Assembly (NCBI RefSeq): GCF_026571515.1
Contig: NW_026852439.1
Location: 62,001 to 126,000, forward strand
Origin: Ruditapes philippinarum
Lineage: Eukaryota
Reading direction: 5' to 3'
DNA: 64,000 nucleotides
The notes under the pieces were generated by a model. That model was not told the DNA's origin and did not search any database. It saw only the letters and a program-made list of their open reading frames with translations. This document shows positions 13,400 to 27,632 of the stretch, one piece after another. Each line of letters starts with the position of its first letter. The stretch's first letter is position 1. A program made the position numbers and the translations under genes.

Positions 13400-15200
13400 T
13401 AATGTTTATTTATATCTTTAACATTATAAAACACTCATATTGACTGAATTACTTTCAAAAATACTTTTAGTTATACTTGTGTCTGCTTTAGCAATTTAGC
13501 TTTGCTTTATTTTTTCATTTATCATAATCTTATAATTCATTAGAAATTTAAAACTTTGTTTACTTCTCTGTTTTATTACTCGGTTTTACCATTTGCATAT
13601 CGAATGTCAGTTAACAGGTACAAATGTAAGTATCAAACATGTGATCAGATGTAAATATATACCAAATGGAAAAGCCGAAATACGACAATCGGGTAAAGAT
13701 TAAAAGACAAGTCAATAAGTCTTACAGATGTTTTGAAATTCATTCTGGGCTTGTCTCGTATCTCTTTAAATTTACGTTATTTCATGACTTAATTAAAGTA
13801 TTTAATGGCATTTCATGTTCAGATGATATAACAAATCTATCGTAATCAGAAAACAATTATATATTTCGGTTCACTTTGTTTACCATAATGCTTCAGACAA
13901 ATATATAATTTTCTTAAAAAAAGAAATAACTTTAAGTTCAATATAACGACAGTTGTGCATTATCATTTAAAATCAATCCACACATTCAGTTTGTTTTTAA
14001 CGAAATTGGGAAGAATATCTTAGGAAAATAAGAAAAAAAGTTAAAAGTTTGAATCTAAAATTAACATTGCATTAATTTTTCGATTTAAATTATCAACAAG
14101 TATGTCGGTCAAACATTAAAATTGTTTTCAATACGAAAACAACATCAACAACAACATCAACAACAAAACATTTCATTTTGTGATAGGTATGTTATTATTG
14201 AGCACATAATATGCAACTGTAAAATTCATAATTAAGCATAGCATGAAATATATAACACTTAAAAAAATAACAAATCTGATATAACCTGTTAATCAATAAC
14301 GATAAACCCTGTCGATTATTCATATAATATTTCTAGACAGTCTGTTAAAGTCAGAAAAAATGTTTTTTATTCATTCTTAAGAAAGATAAAAATGTAATTT
14401 ATAGTGTTTACATAATGGTTTTTACAGCATATAAGATGCTTATTAACTGAAGAAAGTGATGCTGAAATTACATGTCAAAAAGTAGGAAAATGTATAGAAA
14501 GCATTATTTTGACTTCCTGACAAAATACTAAATCACTATAACTGTACAGCAAAAGGAGCAATAAGTTTCAATTTGGAAACAATGACGGACACCAATACAG
14601 CTTTTGCAAAATAAGATTAAAAACATTTCAGGGGTATTATAGGCCTTTAATATTTGGACAATTTATGACTCTTAATTAACAAACACGCAGTAATAATTTG
14701 AAAAGCTTGCGTGCATCAAGGTGTTTCATAGAATTTAATATAATGCTTGATTTTTCATTGATAACAAAAGAAACGAATGATGAAGTCTGATTTTTATGTT
14801 TAAATAAAATACAATAGTTCCGTCCTGCAAAATAATGATCATCAAGGTACTTACTTTGTGATAAATTCATATGTATATTGGTAATAGTTTTAGATTGTCT
14901 GCACCAGAAAATTTAATCAGATAAAAGTGTAGTTCAAAATGGACGATTTACTTATTGCTGAGAAATCTTCATCAAAGATTTGACAAGTTAATTAGACTTC
15001 TATTGGTAGAGCATCTATTAAAAAAAAATTCATATACATGCTACATAGAGACGTTATCTAATAATTGATTAAACAAAATCGACAAGGACTATAATTGTAA
15101 AAAAAGAAAGTACATATCTTAAAATCATTCCGATTTGAATAAGATCTGGACAGAATACATGACACAAATGTGTTTGTGTCGATGAAATTTTCATGAATTT
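13400..15200 (+). pseudogene. TLR pseudogene T5
   Basis: LKKITNLI..NQ and FLDSL (14259-14345); LRRCT-like segment 14370-14520; TIR box2-like FRL/LHQ..SDKSVVQN (14889-14940). Confidence 0.55.
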
Positions 15201-15788
15201 CATCTATATAAAATTAATACTTTGAAAAAACCAATATAATTCGTATGACGATTTTAGATGATTAACAGGATTAACTAAAATCTTATTAAAACAAAATGAC
15301 AATATTACACTTGTGACACAAATCTTCTGCAAGGGATCAATGCGCATTTTATATTCACAAGCTAAATCAGAAAATGCATCACTTTTGTCAAATCTGATTT
15401 AAGTCCGCTGCAAGGAATAATTAATTTTGTTTGCAAAACGAATCCTTGTTTCTAGATTCTTCCAAGCGAGTAATTCACAATACCAAAGCGAAGCTAGTGA
15501 TTAATGGCATTACCGGAATTAAATCATCTCTTCCTTTGTCATTCTTTACAAGACATTTAAAATGATTTAAATTTATTAACTTAAAAGACGAATTCAAACA
15601 AAATGATTTAGATGGACTAAAATTCTGATGTTACTAAAATTCTGTAAGATTTTACTGCTCAAATCTTGCAAATTTTTCATTTAAGAAGATCATTCTTTAT
15701 TTTTTCTTGTTTCTGTTCGGTGTACTACTAGATTCCGTATCGATATTTTTGTGTTGCTGGATTGGGTATGTGTGTGCGTGCCAGTGTA

Positions 15789-15824
<36 letters not shown>

Positions 15825-17500
15825 GTTGGTTCAAGGCTACGTTCATTTAATGCCGCATACCTTTTTTGATTTTTGTTTTCATATTTTCAAATATTTAAAA
15901 CAACCGTGCTTCAGTTTTTGTAGGAAGTAGGAACACTGAACGTTTATTTTTCTTTATCGTGCATGACTGTTATATGTATAATAACTGTTTTATGATGACT
16001 GTTACATGTTTGATAAGAAGACCCAATGACAAATGTCTATTTTTAAAATACCTTTATAAAGAGATTTAAGTATGTGCTTGTGGAAACTATGCATTTTTTA
16101 TTATATCAAGACACTGTATATGGAAGCAACAGTCATCGAATTACCCGCATACTCCCGCATTTAATTCCAACAATGTGTTGCTGTAACATACATTTCTGCT
16201 TTAAATTTTCAGTCAAGTTGTATGCAATTGCAACACTTTGATTCTATAATATTTTATGGCCATTCATGTTTGATAAAATTAAAAAGATGATTAGAACAGT
16301 GATTGCTCTCGTTCCGTTTCAATATTGATGTACTACTAAAGCTTGAATGAATCATCTGTCGACATGCTCGTCAAAATGAAATTTTCATTTTAAAAGCTAC
16401 AACGACACAATATATAAAAGAGAAAAAGTAAAACAGAGAAAAACAGAATCCATAAAAAACGTCTAAAATCGGAAAACTGGAAATGTTGCAAGGTCGCTTT
16501 GATTGAGCCAGCCTTAACATGGACAGTTCTAGAACAACGGCTGCTGATTTCTCAAATAACACTTTTTCTGATTTTTTTGCTTAATCATAATGATTTAAGT
16601 AAAAGAAACAATTCTTATTCAGTACAATCTGCAGGACAACACACTTTGGAAAACAATTATTTTTTTGTTATTGAGAAGTGTTGCTCTAGAGAAGTTGTGA
16701 AGTTGTGAACTTTAGAAAGATTTGACTGTTGTTGTAACGAGATGATTGCTCTACAGACAGTCGCAATGTAGAGGTTACACTGTAAATATTATTTGCTGTT
16801 GTAAATAAATGAAAAAGTTACTGTACAAGTTTAAATGAACATCAAAATGTGATATAGAAAATGCTCATTTTCTACATAAAATTACTAGCGTGCATCGCAA
16901 TAATATATAAATAGAAAATCGTTACCATCTTCTAATTAGTAAATGATATACGCTTGGAACGTTTTGTAGAATATTATATTGTCCAATTATGCAAAATCTA
17001 TCTCTCTTTTAATGAACAAAAACATCATAAAATGCTGCAATAAAATTTCTTTTACAGGAGACAGCCATCTATAAACTGTAACAAACTAAACAAACTAATA
17101 ATTTAAGAGCACAATATAACTATATCCGTAAACCCCATGATAACAAGGATTTAGCTGAACAATTTATTGAATAATTAATATAATATGTTCCTGGTAATCT
17201 GTTTTAAGGTAACACAAATGTTTCATCAGGAATGAGAATTTTATCTTCTGGAATAGTCTAGCTAACAATCTCGGTAGTTGCAAATAGTTTGGTCTGCTTA
17301 AGAAGACATGAAGAGTCGGAATCAAATGCATTGAAATAGTCGAGTTTAAAAAATGTTTCAATTATTCGATCATGGTGAAAGCTGAAAATGTATCTTAGCC
17401 ACACTCGAGAAATGTAACAGTACCGGTGTCATATGAACCAGACATATTTTATTCTCGAGATGGATTTTCAATTGTATGGTTTTCTTTTGTTTTCGTATCA
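15200..17500 (+). pseudogene. TLR pseudogene T6
   Basis: KLVING...LPLSFF (~15491); NNTFSDF and FLLNHNDLSK (16555-16603); LRRCT-like FDCCC (16721); TIR box2-like KCFIRNENFIFWNSLANNL...KKT (17216-17310). Confidence 0.6.
15770..15822. repeat. (TG)n microsatellite
   Basis: Direct reading. Confidence 0.95.
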
Positions 17501-18049
17501 TTAATACTTTCTTATTATATAACTTATCAACAACAACAAAAATATATATATAAAAAACACAAAAAAGGAAACAAAACAAAAAACAAACAAAAAAGAAGAA
17601 CAGTTTTCTCATTGCCACCTTTATTGATTTGTTCCAGGACATTGTCTCAAGAGTTGATCAAAATAAGAGAAAAACTTAGTTTAAGATAGAGATTTTATAC
17701 ATAATGTTTTAAGTTAATTTGTTTTAACATTTGGATTGTTTTTTGTAAAATTTGCAACTTAACTATAGCTCGTTAAAAGAATGTTTTACGGAATAATTAG
17801 TTATAATTAAATACTTAGTAATACAAAGAGTATTTTTCTATATACTTTTAATGTAAAAAACACACGCATACGAATGACAGTTTCCTTTTTATTAATAGAT
17901 AGTTTATTAAAACTAATTAATATGCCCAGCCTATAAAATGTTCAATTATAATGCTATTGTCCTAATTTGTTGTCATACATTTTTGTCTTAAGTGATTGAA
18001 GTGATTGTAATTTCTGAGAGAAGAAAGTCCGCCCAAATTTTGTTAGCAC

Positions 18050-18900
18050 GTTTTTTTATTTATACGTCACTTGATTGAATACATGTTAGTAAGTGTTGAT
18101 ATTTTTAAAAACGAAAACTACACCAACAGCCAAAGATGGACATAATGGACAAAACTTCTTTAATTGAGACAGCTAATGTCTTAAGTTAACTGTTTTTCGT
18201 CACGAAAGATGCCAGAGTAATAGACTCTATCTTTACTTAGATTTGACTAGGTTAACACCTATAAAATAAAATCTTTCGGTGAACTATCACACCCAAGCGA
18301 CTTTTTTAAAAGCAGTTTATCTAATTTAAAATATAAATGTATTGCTCTTAACGTTGAAGTTTTAAATGGATAAATCTCATTTATTTATCATTTTGAAAGT
18401 GAACTTCTACATTTTCCATTGTTTTAAATTCTTACAAATGAACAGTCTCTTTCTTTTTACTCTGTACATCTACCATTCAATTGAATTTGGTTAACATGTT
18501 CCAGGCATTTCAGCAGCATCAGAAAAATCGACTGTCTGCAGATCAGTAAATTCTCGAAATAGCCTGATTTTCTTTTCTATAGACGTGTAACATCACTAAC
18601 AACACTTATAATTGCTTGATTTTTTCTTTCACAATTTAGAAACGAAATGTGTAATTAGAAAATGCATGGTTTTGTCATTTGCTGAAAGTATAAAGGCTAA
18701 TCAAATCAGCGGAATGTAGTTCGTAGGCTATTAACCAAGTTGGATAGGCTGTCTCAACATTAATTAACTATTTAAGAAAACTATGTGCCGGGAAAAGACC
18801 GTAAATAGAATTAAGGAATCTAAATATTTTAAAAGTAGGCGACTGTGTCTAGAATAAAAACGAAAAAAAATAAGATGAAAAATCTAAAACAGTATTGCTA
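18050..18900 (+). pseudogene. TLR N-terminal LRR half T7a
   Basis: KDARVID..KSFGELSH (18205-18292); LLTKLDRL (~18728); LRNLNILKVG (18811-18840). Confidence 0.55.
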
Positions 18901-18949
18901 GAATTTACGCTAATACTAACGCGATTGCCTGAAAGGAAATTATAATATT

Positions 18950-19950
18950 TAGTCACTTACAATACTATTATATAAAAACAAACAACAAAAAACCTTTACA
19001 TAAAATCAATAATACAATCTGATATTATTCATTTGGAAAAAATATCATTTTCAACATAATATGATAGCTCCTTCAAAAAACAGTTTTATTCACATTTTAG
19101 TTACATTTATGATCTTGACTGACGTCAACATTTTCCTTCAAATAATATTATTTTAATTATGTTCTCACTAGTAATTATCTTTTTTGTGTCTATATATAGG
19201 CACTCTAAGCTTTCTATCAAACAACCAAAACAAATGTATTACAACGCAGACTGTATATGAACAGCTAGGAAAGTAATATCCCATAAAATAAATCCAATCA
19301 CTGACTATTTAAAATCGCTGCCAACTGCAATGGAGACACAAATCTTAAAATACTTAATACTGCTTTTCTTTAAATGAAATCAATTATTCGTTTCTCGAAA
19401 TACGTCTTGACTTAAATCACAATTTATAGTTGACATGACCTACATTTTTAACACTAATATGGCGATGCATCAGAACATTTTCCCGGATAAAGGAGAAAAA
19501 TATAAGGGTTTTGTTAGTCTTATTTTGATATCGATTATAACATTTTTACATATCTACGAAAATAGCTTTTTCGTTTAAGAATTATACTGCAAATTGTAGA
19601 AAAGCAACATATAAACCTGAGCATTATGACAAGAAAAAAATATATTACAATGAGTTGTATGCTTAATTCTTAAATGAGCCTTTTCTTTATTCTGTCCATA
19701 TTCCTTACAGTTCTTGAGGATTTTTATTGTGCTTATCATATGTTTAAAAGCGAGACGTTTGTTAGTTATATGATGACCTTAATAGTGCAATGGTTTAAAA
19801 AATGTCGTTAATAAAATTCCCAAGTCCAATATAATCTTTAGGAAAGCCTTAAGCACGTTGAGCATTATGCTTGAATTTATAACTTTTTCATTTTGAACTG
19901 AATATCTTTTATTTAAAATTATTTGATGGATAGGCAAACTTACTTTGAGA
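18950..19950 (-). pseudogene. TLR C-terminal half T7b (last LRR, LRRCT, TM, TIR)
   Basis: ORF 19779..20000 contains QNEKVINSSIMLNVLKAFLKIILDLG...KPLHY. 19290-19480 is a reverse-complement homolog of the post-TM/TIR box1 region of T10 (25830-26010), including SDWIY. Confidence 0.6.
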
Positions 19951-19979
19951 AGAAAATGTTGCTGACTTGAAAAAAAACA

Positions 19980-21500
19980 CACAAAAAATACATTCATCAA
20001 TGTACGAAAATGCGTTTTATGATGAAAGTGCGTCCAACATTCAGGAAATCAGTTTATGGTAAAACATCACTCTCAATAACATTCAAAACGGAGGTTTGTT
20101 AACACCAATTGATAGAAAAGGCACTTCGTTGTCTGCAAAAGCTCCTAAACTGACAGCATGTTAACAATTATAACACTTCAAAACCTTCAGTTTCAACTAT
20201 TTGTGTCAAACATATCTTATTTCATAACAGTTCATACGTGTTGTTCACGTCATAATATTTTTTAATAAATGTTGTGTTATTAAAGCTTTGATAGCATTGT
20301 CAAGGAAGTAACAAGACAAATTAATTTTCTAAATATTAAGAAACTTGATTTCTTTGTACAAAAATATTTTTGTTGAAAAACCCTTTTGAGGCATACATGC
20401 ATGTATTTCATTTAATATTTAAAAACTATTCTAACAGTTAAGGTCATAATGAAGCAATGTAAAATCAATGTTTTTTTTATTTATATAAATGTAGTTAACC
20501 TCTCTCCCTACTAGAAAATTGGAAATAAAACGGCAAAATATAATCTGCTGCAAATATATTCAGACAAATGTATCAATTTATATTTAATTTATTGTTTCTT
20601 ATACAAAATTGATAAAAACATTCAGGACTTTCTAGTAAAAATAAGTTATTCATGTTATACTAGTTCCATAAGCAGCGTAATTGGCATTATTTTAGAGTCT
20701 TTGCTAATATTGTTTTAATAGCTATGCCGTTCATAATAATTTTGTTTCATTTTATATACTGATAGATAAAACTAGGAATAAACCTGTTTACTTGTATATT
20801 GGTAAATGCAATACTGGTAAAAAAGAGAAATGAAAACACTTAAGAACGTCCTAAACATGATACAGGCTCGGTTTGATTAAAGTCTATTCATTGACAGGAC
20901 TGGAAAGTGCAAACCATCGCCCACGCCCTTCAAAGCAGAAATCAACATAAAACATAAATTGGTAAAATTTTGATTTTTGACGGACATTATCTCGCTAGAC
21001 TAAGTCCTTTTTTATTCATGAAAAGCGGCAAAAACAGTATTTGTGTCTTAAACTTTACAACAATGGGTGAGACTAAGTATAATAAATTTGGAAAAGGAGA
21101 AATCAAACGCCTCGTTTGATTGCATAAATATATCATTTTCTGTCCGGGTTTTGTCACACCAACACTTTCATTGTCATAAGGTGTTTTTCAGCTATAACTG
21201 TTTGGTACGACCTCTGATGTCCCTTCTTGAATTATTTCAGGCACGAACTAGATTTACGGACGTTCCGTAAGCAAGCTGGTTATAAAATTCATTACATGTG
21301 TAAAACAACTGCTGTTTTTTTCGTATATTATGTAAAATGTGCTAATCTATTTATTTTGTTGTCATTTTATAACGGAAGTTTCAAATAATGCTATTTAAAT
21401 AAATCATTAATTTACATGGCCAAAGTATATTAACCAAGACTTCAATACTTGTACATATATAAAAGTAATGCTGATTTTTGTTTGATTATTTTTCTTTGTT
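19980..21500 (-). pseudogene. TLR pseudogene T8 (5'-truncated, SINE-interrupted)
   Basis: FPNLLYL, QILFLPL..KGLSL and NFTNL (21100-20950); TIR-like LHYDL, CYEI and LNVIES (20450-20060). Confidence 0.65.
21140..21300 (-). mobile_element. Meta-type SINE fragment
   Basis: Reverse strand ccagcttgcttacggaacgtc...cgtgcctgaaataat...tgttggtgtgacaaaaccc. Confidence 0.75.
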
Positions 21501-21549
21501 TTTAAACTTATTTTAAATTTCATAACATTGTAGTAGATACATAGGTGAT

Positions 21550-23913
21550 TTAAATATAATGTCCTACGCAACGTGTGATAAGAACTCGTCTTTGTTTATC
21601 TTTGAATATAGTTTGTCGAACAAATGTCTGGGAATGTGACATATTTTCGATCATAATCCCTTGGCGGTGATTTATATGTCAGATAATTGCAAATGTGTTG
21701 TCTGATATTATGATAAATGTAATCATTTCTGACTGTTATAGAAAATTAATGTTAAACATCAGGAGAACACTTGAATTGTCGTTGATACTTTTCGGTATAT
21801 TGCAAAATAAAGCCTTTTGCTTTCAAAACAGTGTAACTAACGTGAAGTTTTCAATCTAATTAAAGTTGTCTTTTCTTTATTTGGCCGTAAAACATGTTAC
21901 ATCAGCTAAATGATATCCTTGTCCGAAATTAATTTGTAATTCTACACAGTAACACACAAATTTTTAAATAACACAGGCAAGGACAAAAGCAGAATCTTCC
22001 AAAACATACGAAATTCGGATGAACATCCAAATAATTATGTAAAAATCTTAAAGTTTGTAAATCAATATATTAGAGTGCATGTATAGTATAGTATTCGTTA
22101 GCAGATTTTTTTGTTTATTTGTTATTCTTAAATAAAATATGACAGTTCTACAGTCAGCATATTAATACAGTCGTCTTGCATACTTGTTATGAGCGGAATT
22201 GTTTGGAGACATTCCATTCCGTTTAATTATAGGAATAACCTCACTAGAATTATTTTTTTCAATATCTATACAACATCTATACATTTAATGATATGAAAAG
22301 GTAAATTGAGTAATAAAAAGTACTTAATGCATTTTTGGCACGGCATGGCTGCTGTGTTAGTAAACCATTTTGATTTTATGGTGGTAATAACATTTCTCGT
22401 TGGACTGAATTGATTAATGACATGAAAATAAGGGTATTCACCAAGGACAACAATTATAAACACACAAAAAAAGTATTGTATCGATGGAATTCTATGTTTG
22501 TTTGCCGTTTACTGTTTATATTTGTAGAAAATGAAATAATTTATAAGGGAAATGTTTTTTTGTCATTTGTAAATTGATTATATATATTTTAAACGAACTT
22601 TAGTTTTGAAATAGTGGTCGAAAGCGCTGCATATTAACATTGTATTATTTTTTCAGTGTTGAAGCGCTAGCTATCTTAAAAAAGAGTCGATTCAAGTTTC
22701 AACATATTTAAACTGAAGACTTTTATATCAGAATTTTTGCTTCTTATAAAATAATAACACATTCACTAACGTTAAAGCGGACACCGCAGTCAAAATCATC
22801 GCTTGAAGTAAATGAAAACAGGTTGAATATTTAGTTCGGAAACGTTTTATTTGGACACGTTTATATACTTCATACACGATAAATAATACTTCCTCAAGAT
22901 ATATAATTAAAATATTCAAACAACGTGGTGTTTTATTGTTGGACATATAGTAGTGTATATTCTGCAAGTTTTAACAATCATTACTGTAACAACAACCATT
23001 GTTACCTCAAGTTTGAAACAAACGTTACCACATATCATTAACAATTGTTTCAAAATGATTTCTCTTCTTATCTTTAATCTAACTACTTCAAGAAATCCTC
23101 CTAATGGATGTGGTATTCCTGTTTTATTTAAAACCATCAAACGTCTGATCGTTCAGTCCGACCAATGTACCATGCTTGAAGTTATGAAACATTCAAACTT
23201 TATATCAATATAACATGAGTTCCAAAGTAATCGTTTTAAAGATAAAATGAGCAACGTTTTTAAAGACCTTTTTCCCCTATATAAGAGATGAAATAATAAA
23301 CTGGAATAAAAAAATGTCTTTTTTATATCCCATTCACTTAACAGTGTAAGGGTAATATATTTGAATACACTTGTCTGTAGTTTTAGCAAATTTAACACAG
23401 ACTGAAAAGCTATCAAAGCGGCTACATCTTACAAAGGAAATAAGCAGTTCATTGCAATAAACATTTATTTTTTGTTTTACATAGCTGATGATATATTTAC
23501 ATATTTTTATATTTATCCAGGCATAAAAGCAAAATTATGAATAAAATATTTTAAAACGTTATACGTGGATAGTTGATTTTCTTTAAGATTTATTCCCCTT
23601 TATAAATATTTTTTCTTCACACAAATCAGTAACTAAACCTGAAATACTATGCTCGCAATAATTAATACTCCCCAGACAAAAGATAATTCGAGGGATATTG
23701 TAACTTTGAGAGTGTCCCTTTTCAATACGATATTCATGAATTTGTTCAAGATGCTTTGAACAGCATAAAGATATGTCAGGTACAAAAGTGGTTGGCCTAA
23801 GCATAATCAACAACTCGTAACAAATGATATGTTTGAAACAGTTGTTAAAGTTTCACCTTCAGGCATCAGTTTAATTAGAGAAACATCCCGAAAAGCAACA
23901 ATGCGTTAGACAT
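21550..23913 (-). pseudogene. Full-length-size TLR pseudogene T9
   Basis: ATG at 23913 followed by signal-like MSNALLLFGMFL*; LRRNT-like VVD...TFVPDIS; LRRs IGEKVFKNV, GLNDQTFDGF (~23160-23131) and NDKKTFP; TIR box1 ISYVLEDSAFVL (22014-21979), box2 NFGQGYHLAD (21930-21901), box3-like YVTFPD (21643-21626). The ~2.36 kb length fits an intronless TLR. Confidence 0.8.
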
Positions 23914-24169
23914 ATGTCCTTTTATACTTGCTGTTTTAATAATGTTGACATTTAAGTGTTACTTTGCCTAGATGTTGTAGATGTAGTTATCTTAAATGTC
24001 AATGTTTGAAATGCGTTTTGCGACCTTTACGTAAATGATGCTGAAATGTATCAACATTTATCATATCGATATATTGTATCTAGGAAGGTAAACTATATAA
24101 ATGAGTAAAACAAATGAATTTTAAATAGGTCATTTTTTAAAAACTATATGTTGCAATATTTTCAAATCA

Positions 24170-26330
24170 CCACATGAGTGTATCTATTGTTTTATGAACT
24201 CCTGTTACTGTATGAAATATCTCTCTACATGTACATCCCTTTAAAATCTGTGCATATATTGTTTTCAAAAGATTACAATTTATAACTCACCGAGGTTGCT
24301 ACGTATATATACATCTCTGTTTTTCATTGTATGTTTATGTTTCAATGTAATTGAATTTTGTAAGGTTACGCAATTAATAACATTAAATTTATATGACATA
24401 TTACCCAATGAAGAAACTTCTTTGATAATGCTGATTTCTGATATTTATTTAAAGTATACTTTACATTCGATGTAATCGCCATTGACAGAAAATGAAAAAA
24501 AAAAGTTTTCGAACATTATACTGTGTAATATGATATTCTATTGTTTACAAATAAAATATAAATATTATATTATGATAGCATAATGATAATGTTCCATTTA
24601 TAGTCTCAATTGATGTTAATGAATCGTAATGACCATAAAAAAACCGTTATATGATATATAAATACCTATGGTCTATTTTTATGATCATTGCATTTATCAA
24701 TTTTATTATTTTTGGGGGGAGATATAAGCTGCAATTGAATTATACAGGCACCATATCAATTTTGTTTTAGTAGGCAAAAAGCAATGCCATGCTCTATAAA
24801 GATAACTTCTTCAATTATCATGAAATGAATAGAAGATGATACTGATAACTGTTAAATAAGAACATAATACAGAGTATAATTTGTTCTTTTCTCAAAAAGC
24901 ATTGGATCCAGTTTTATCAAATGCAAAATTAGGACTTGTTTTACCCTGTAAAATTGAATGTAAAAGTTATATATCTGATTCGTTTGTAATAAGTTTAAAG
25001 CTACTAAATCTGACATCTAAATATATTTCAATTATTAAAAGATTTGAAGAAATTTTGATTAAATACTGGTTATACAATTGGGCATCCTTAAAAAATAATA
25101 AATATTATGATAAAGAGTGTTGGTATATTTTGGCAAAACAACGTCTACAGGGAATTTGATAAAAGCAATTATATAATACGTCATAAATCAATATTAAACT
25201 TCTCAATTTCCCTTTCCTTGATTTGTTGAAATCTTCAATATTTGCAATTAGCAATAAAAAACTATGAAATAGAAATTTGGCGATATTTAATTTACAGAAC
25301 ACCAAGATAGATTTATTTTCAAAGGTGAAATACCAAAGGATAATAAAATGATTATGATATGAACTATGTGGGTTCAGTTCTAAACACTTCCTTTGAACAG
25401 ATTTGTGAACAATATGAACTATATGACAAATGAGATAATAAAACTTTCAAATATCATACTACGTATGTGAAACATGCGACTGACACAACATTATTGAACA
25501 TTATGTCTTACAATATAATATCTAATATTGTTATTGTAACTTCTCGGTTTAAATCCCCTGTAGAGGTAAAAGTATACACTGCTGTTAAGTCATGTGTCTT
25601 GTTCCAGATGTGTACTTAGATACTCTTTATACCAATTACAAATGTTAAAGGTAAAACTACTCTTATATATTACAGACATTGTCTAAATATAACTATTGTT
25701 TGTGCTTACACAGCAGACATTATCAGAAATGTTGCCTTGTCTACTGTCAGACATTCTATTTTTGTTGACTATTTTAAACAAATGATAAAATCGATTTCAA
25801 AATGAGACCTACAAACCATTTAATAATGTGGGTAGATATTCTGATGCATCGCCGGGTAGTTAGCTGCAAATTGTCTACTAATATTTTTGATAAATTGTAA
25901 GTAGTATTTCTTGAGACGAATGTATTGTAAATAAATCAGAGGAGTTTCATTTATTTTGTGATGCGTATCTCCATAGCGCTTTTTGATATGTAGTAATTGG
26001 ATTTACTTTGAGAGACTGAATGGGATAACGTGTCTGTGTTGCAGCAGATTAGGATAAAAAACAACTGCAACTTCTAAGTAACAAGTATTGACTTGTTCAT
26101 CAATGATGAAACTATTTGAATTATGTTACGACTGATGATGGGTATGACGTGCATTTCTCTCTATGATTTAGTATTATTCTAGACTACGACTTTGTTAATA
26201 AAGTGTTCGCATTCTATAAATCCTTGATCATGCTATGGATTCAGAAATGTGTGCAATATTAGTTATGAGTTAAAATAAATAAACTCTTCAATGCATACCA
26301 TATTTTAGAAACAAATACAAAACAATGTTA
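24170..26330 (+). pseudogene. TLR pseudogene T10 (head-to-head with T9)
   Basis: LRRNT-like SCYCMKY..TCTSL (~24199-24240); LNKNIIQSI; SLKLLNLTSKYISII (ORF 24881..25159); NLAIFNLQNTKI; TIR-like CDAYLHS, SNWIY and Q**/LFEL (26101-26123). Confidence 0.7.
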
Positions 26331-26594
26331 TGCATCTATTAAACTAAAAGAAAACAAGAAACAATGAAAGGCAATAAATCAAAATGAAGCATGATGATTT
26401 TAATCATTAAAAGTTTAAAGACTTAAGGCAATGTGATATATATTTATAGAATCAGTTAAATAAACTACTTTTCACTTAAACAATGAATTTGAAGAATTTG
26501 TAGTCTGAAATTAATTGTGATTACTGTTTCTCTGATTATCATCTAAACAAATAATGTTCTTATTTCCCAATTTTTGAAAGTTAATTATTAGCAA

Positions 26595-26830
26595 TTCCTT
26601 TTTTGTTTGGTTTTACAAAACACGAAGACAATTTAGGACATATGGCGTTGAAACAGGAAAAACGATTTTGACAATTTTCAAAGCAACCACAGGCTTTAAA
26701 ACAACCTTACCTGCTTGAACTAAGAGATGCATAGACTCCTGTAATTCATAACCATTTAACCGCTACTTACGAACACGCCGGGATTAACGGTGGCTACAAT
26801 TCTGATGCCTCAACCATTGAAGACAACCTC
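26595..26830 (-). mobile_element. Degraded SINE
   Basis: ttttgtttggttttac...acaatttaggacatatggcg is the reverse complement of the SINE 3' tail seen elsewhere. Confidence 0.5.
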
Positions 26831-27632
26831 TCAGTCACAAGGGTATAAAGCGTTTGATACTGCAGTAAACGTTAAACATGATTTAGTTCGCGTACTTGCC
26901 CGATTATCTTAAAAGTTTTAAGCCGACATATTCTGTAATTTTACCAATTTCTTGGCTTCGAAATTTATCATGATGTTTTCAATGTAATTGAAACTACAAA
27001 GTTCATAAATTTCGTTTTTTCTCTCAACATTTTCTGGTTCCCAAAATAAGTATTTCTGTTTTCAAAGTAATTGATACTTCAGAGTTCAGCAACTCCTAAA
27101 TACTGAATTGCGAATTATTAAGGTCATGTCAAAATATACACTTCTGAAATCTGGAATTCTATAGAACGTGCAAAATGTCGGTATCTCACAGTTAGCGCTG
27201 ATAAACCTAAAATCATAACCTGTCAAGAAAAATACCCGAATATTACGAAAGTAGCTAAAACGCTTATGTTACATCAAACATATTCAAGAGTCAAATTGTG
27301 ACGGTAACTTTATACTGTTTGATCCGCAATGTAAGTTACACTTATCCAAAAAAGATTCTAAAATTGTGTCATTTTATATAATTGCACCACTTTCATTTTA
27401 TTATATTGTTTTTATGTACCACTGTCATAACAAGTTGTGAATTGCAGTTACTCCGGTCCAGATACTAGTATCTGAATTCGAGAAACTTTAGAACCCGCAC
27501 TTTTTGGCTTGTCCTAATGATGGTCATTTTTTCAGAAAATACACAGTAACTGCAATACAATCAAGCGTGTAATGTCCGGAAACCAATAGAAATCGGCATT
27601 TAATTTAGCAAAAAAAATATGAAAGTGTTTAC

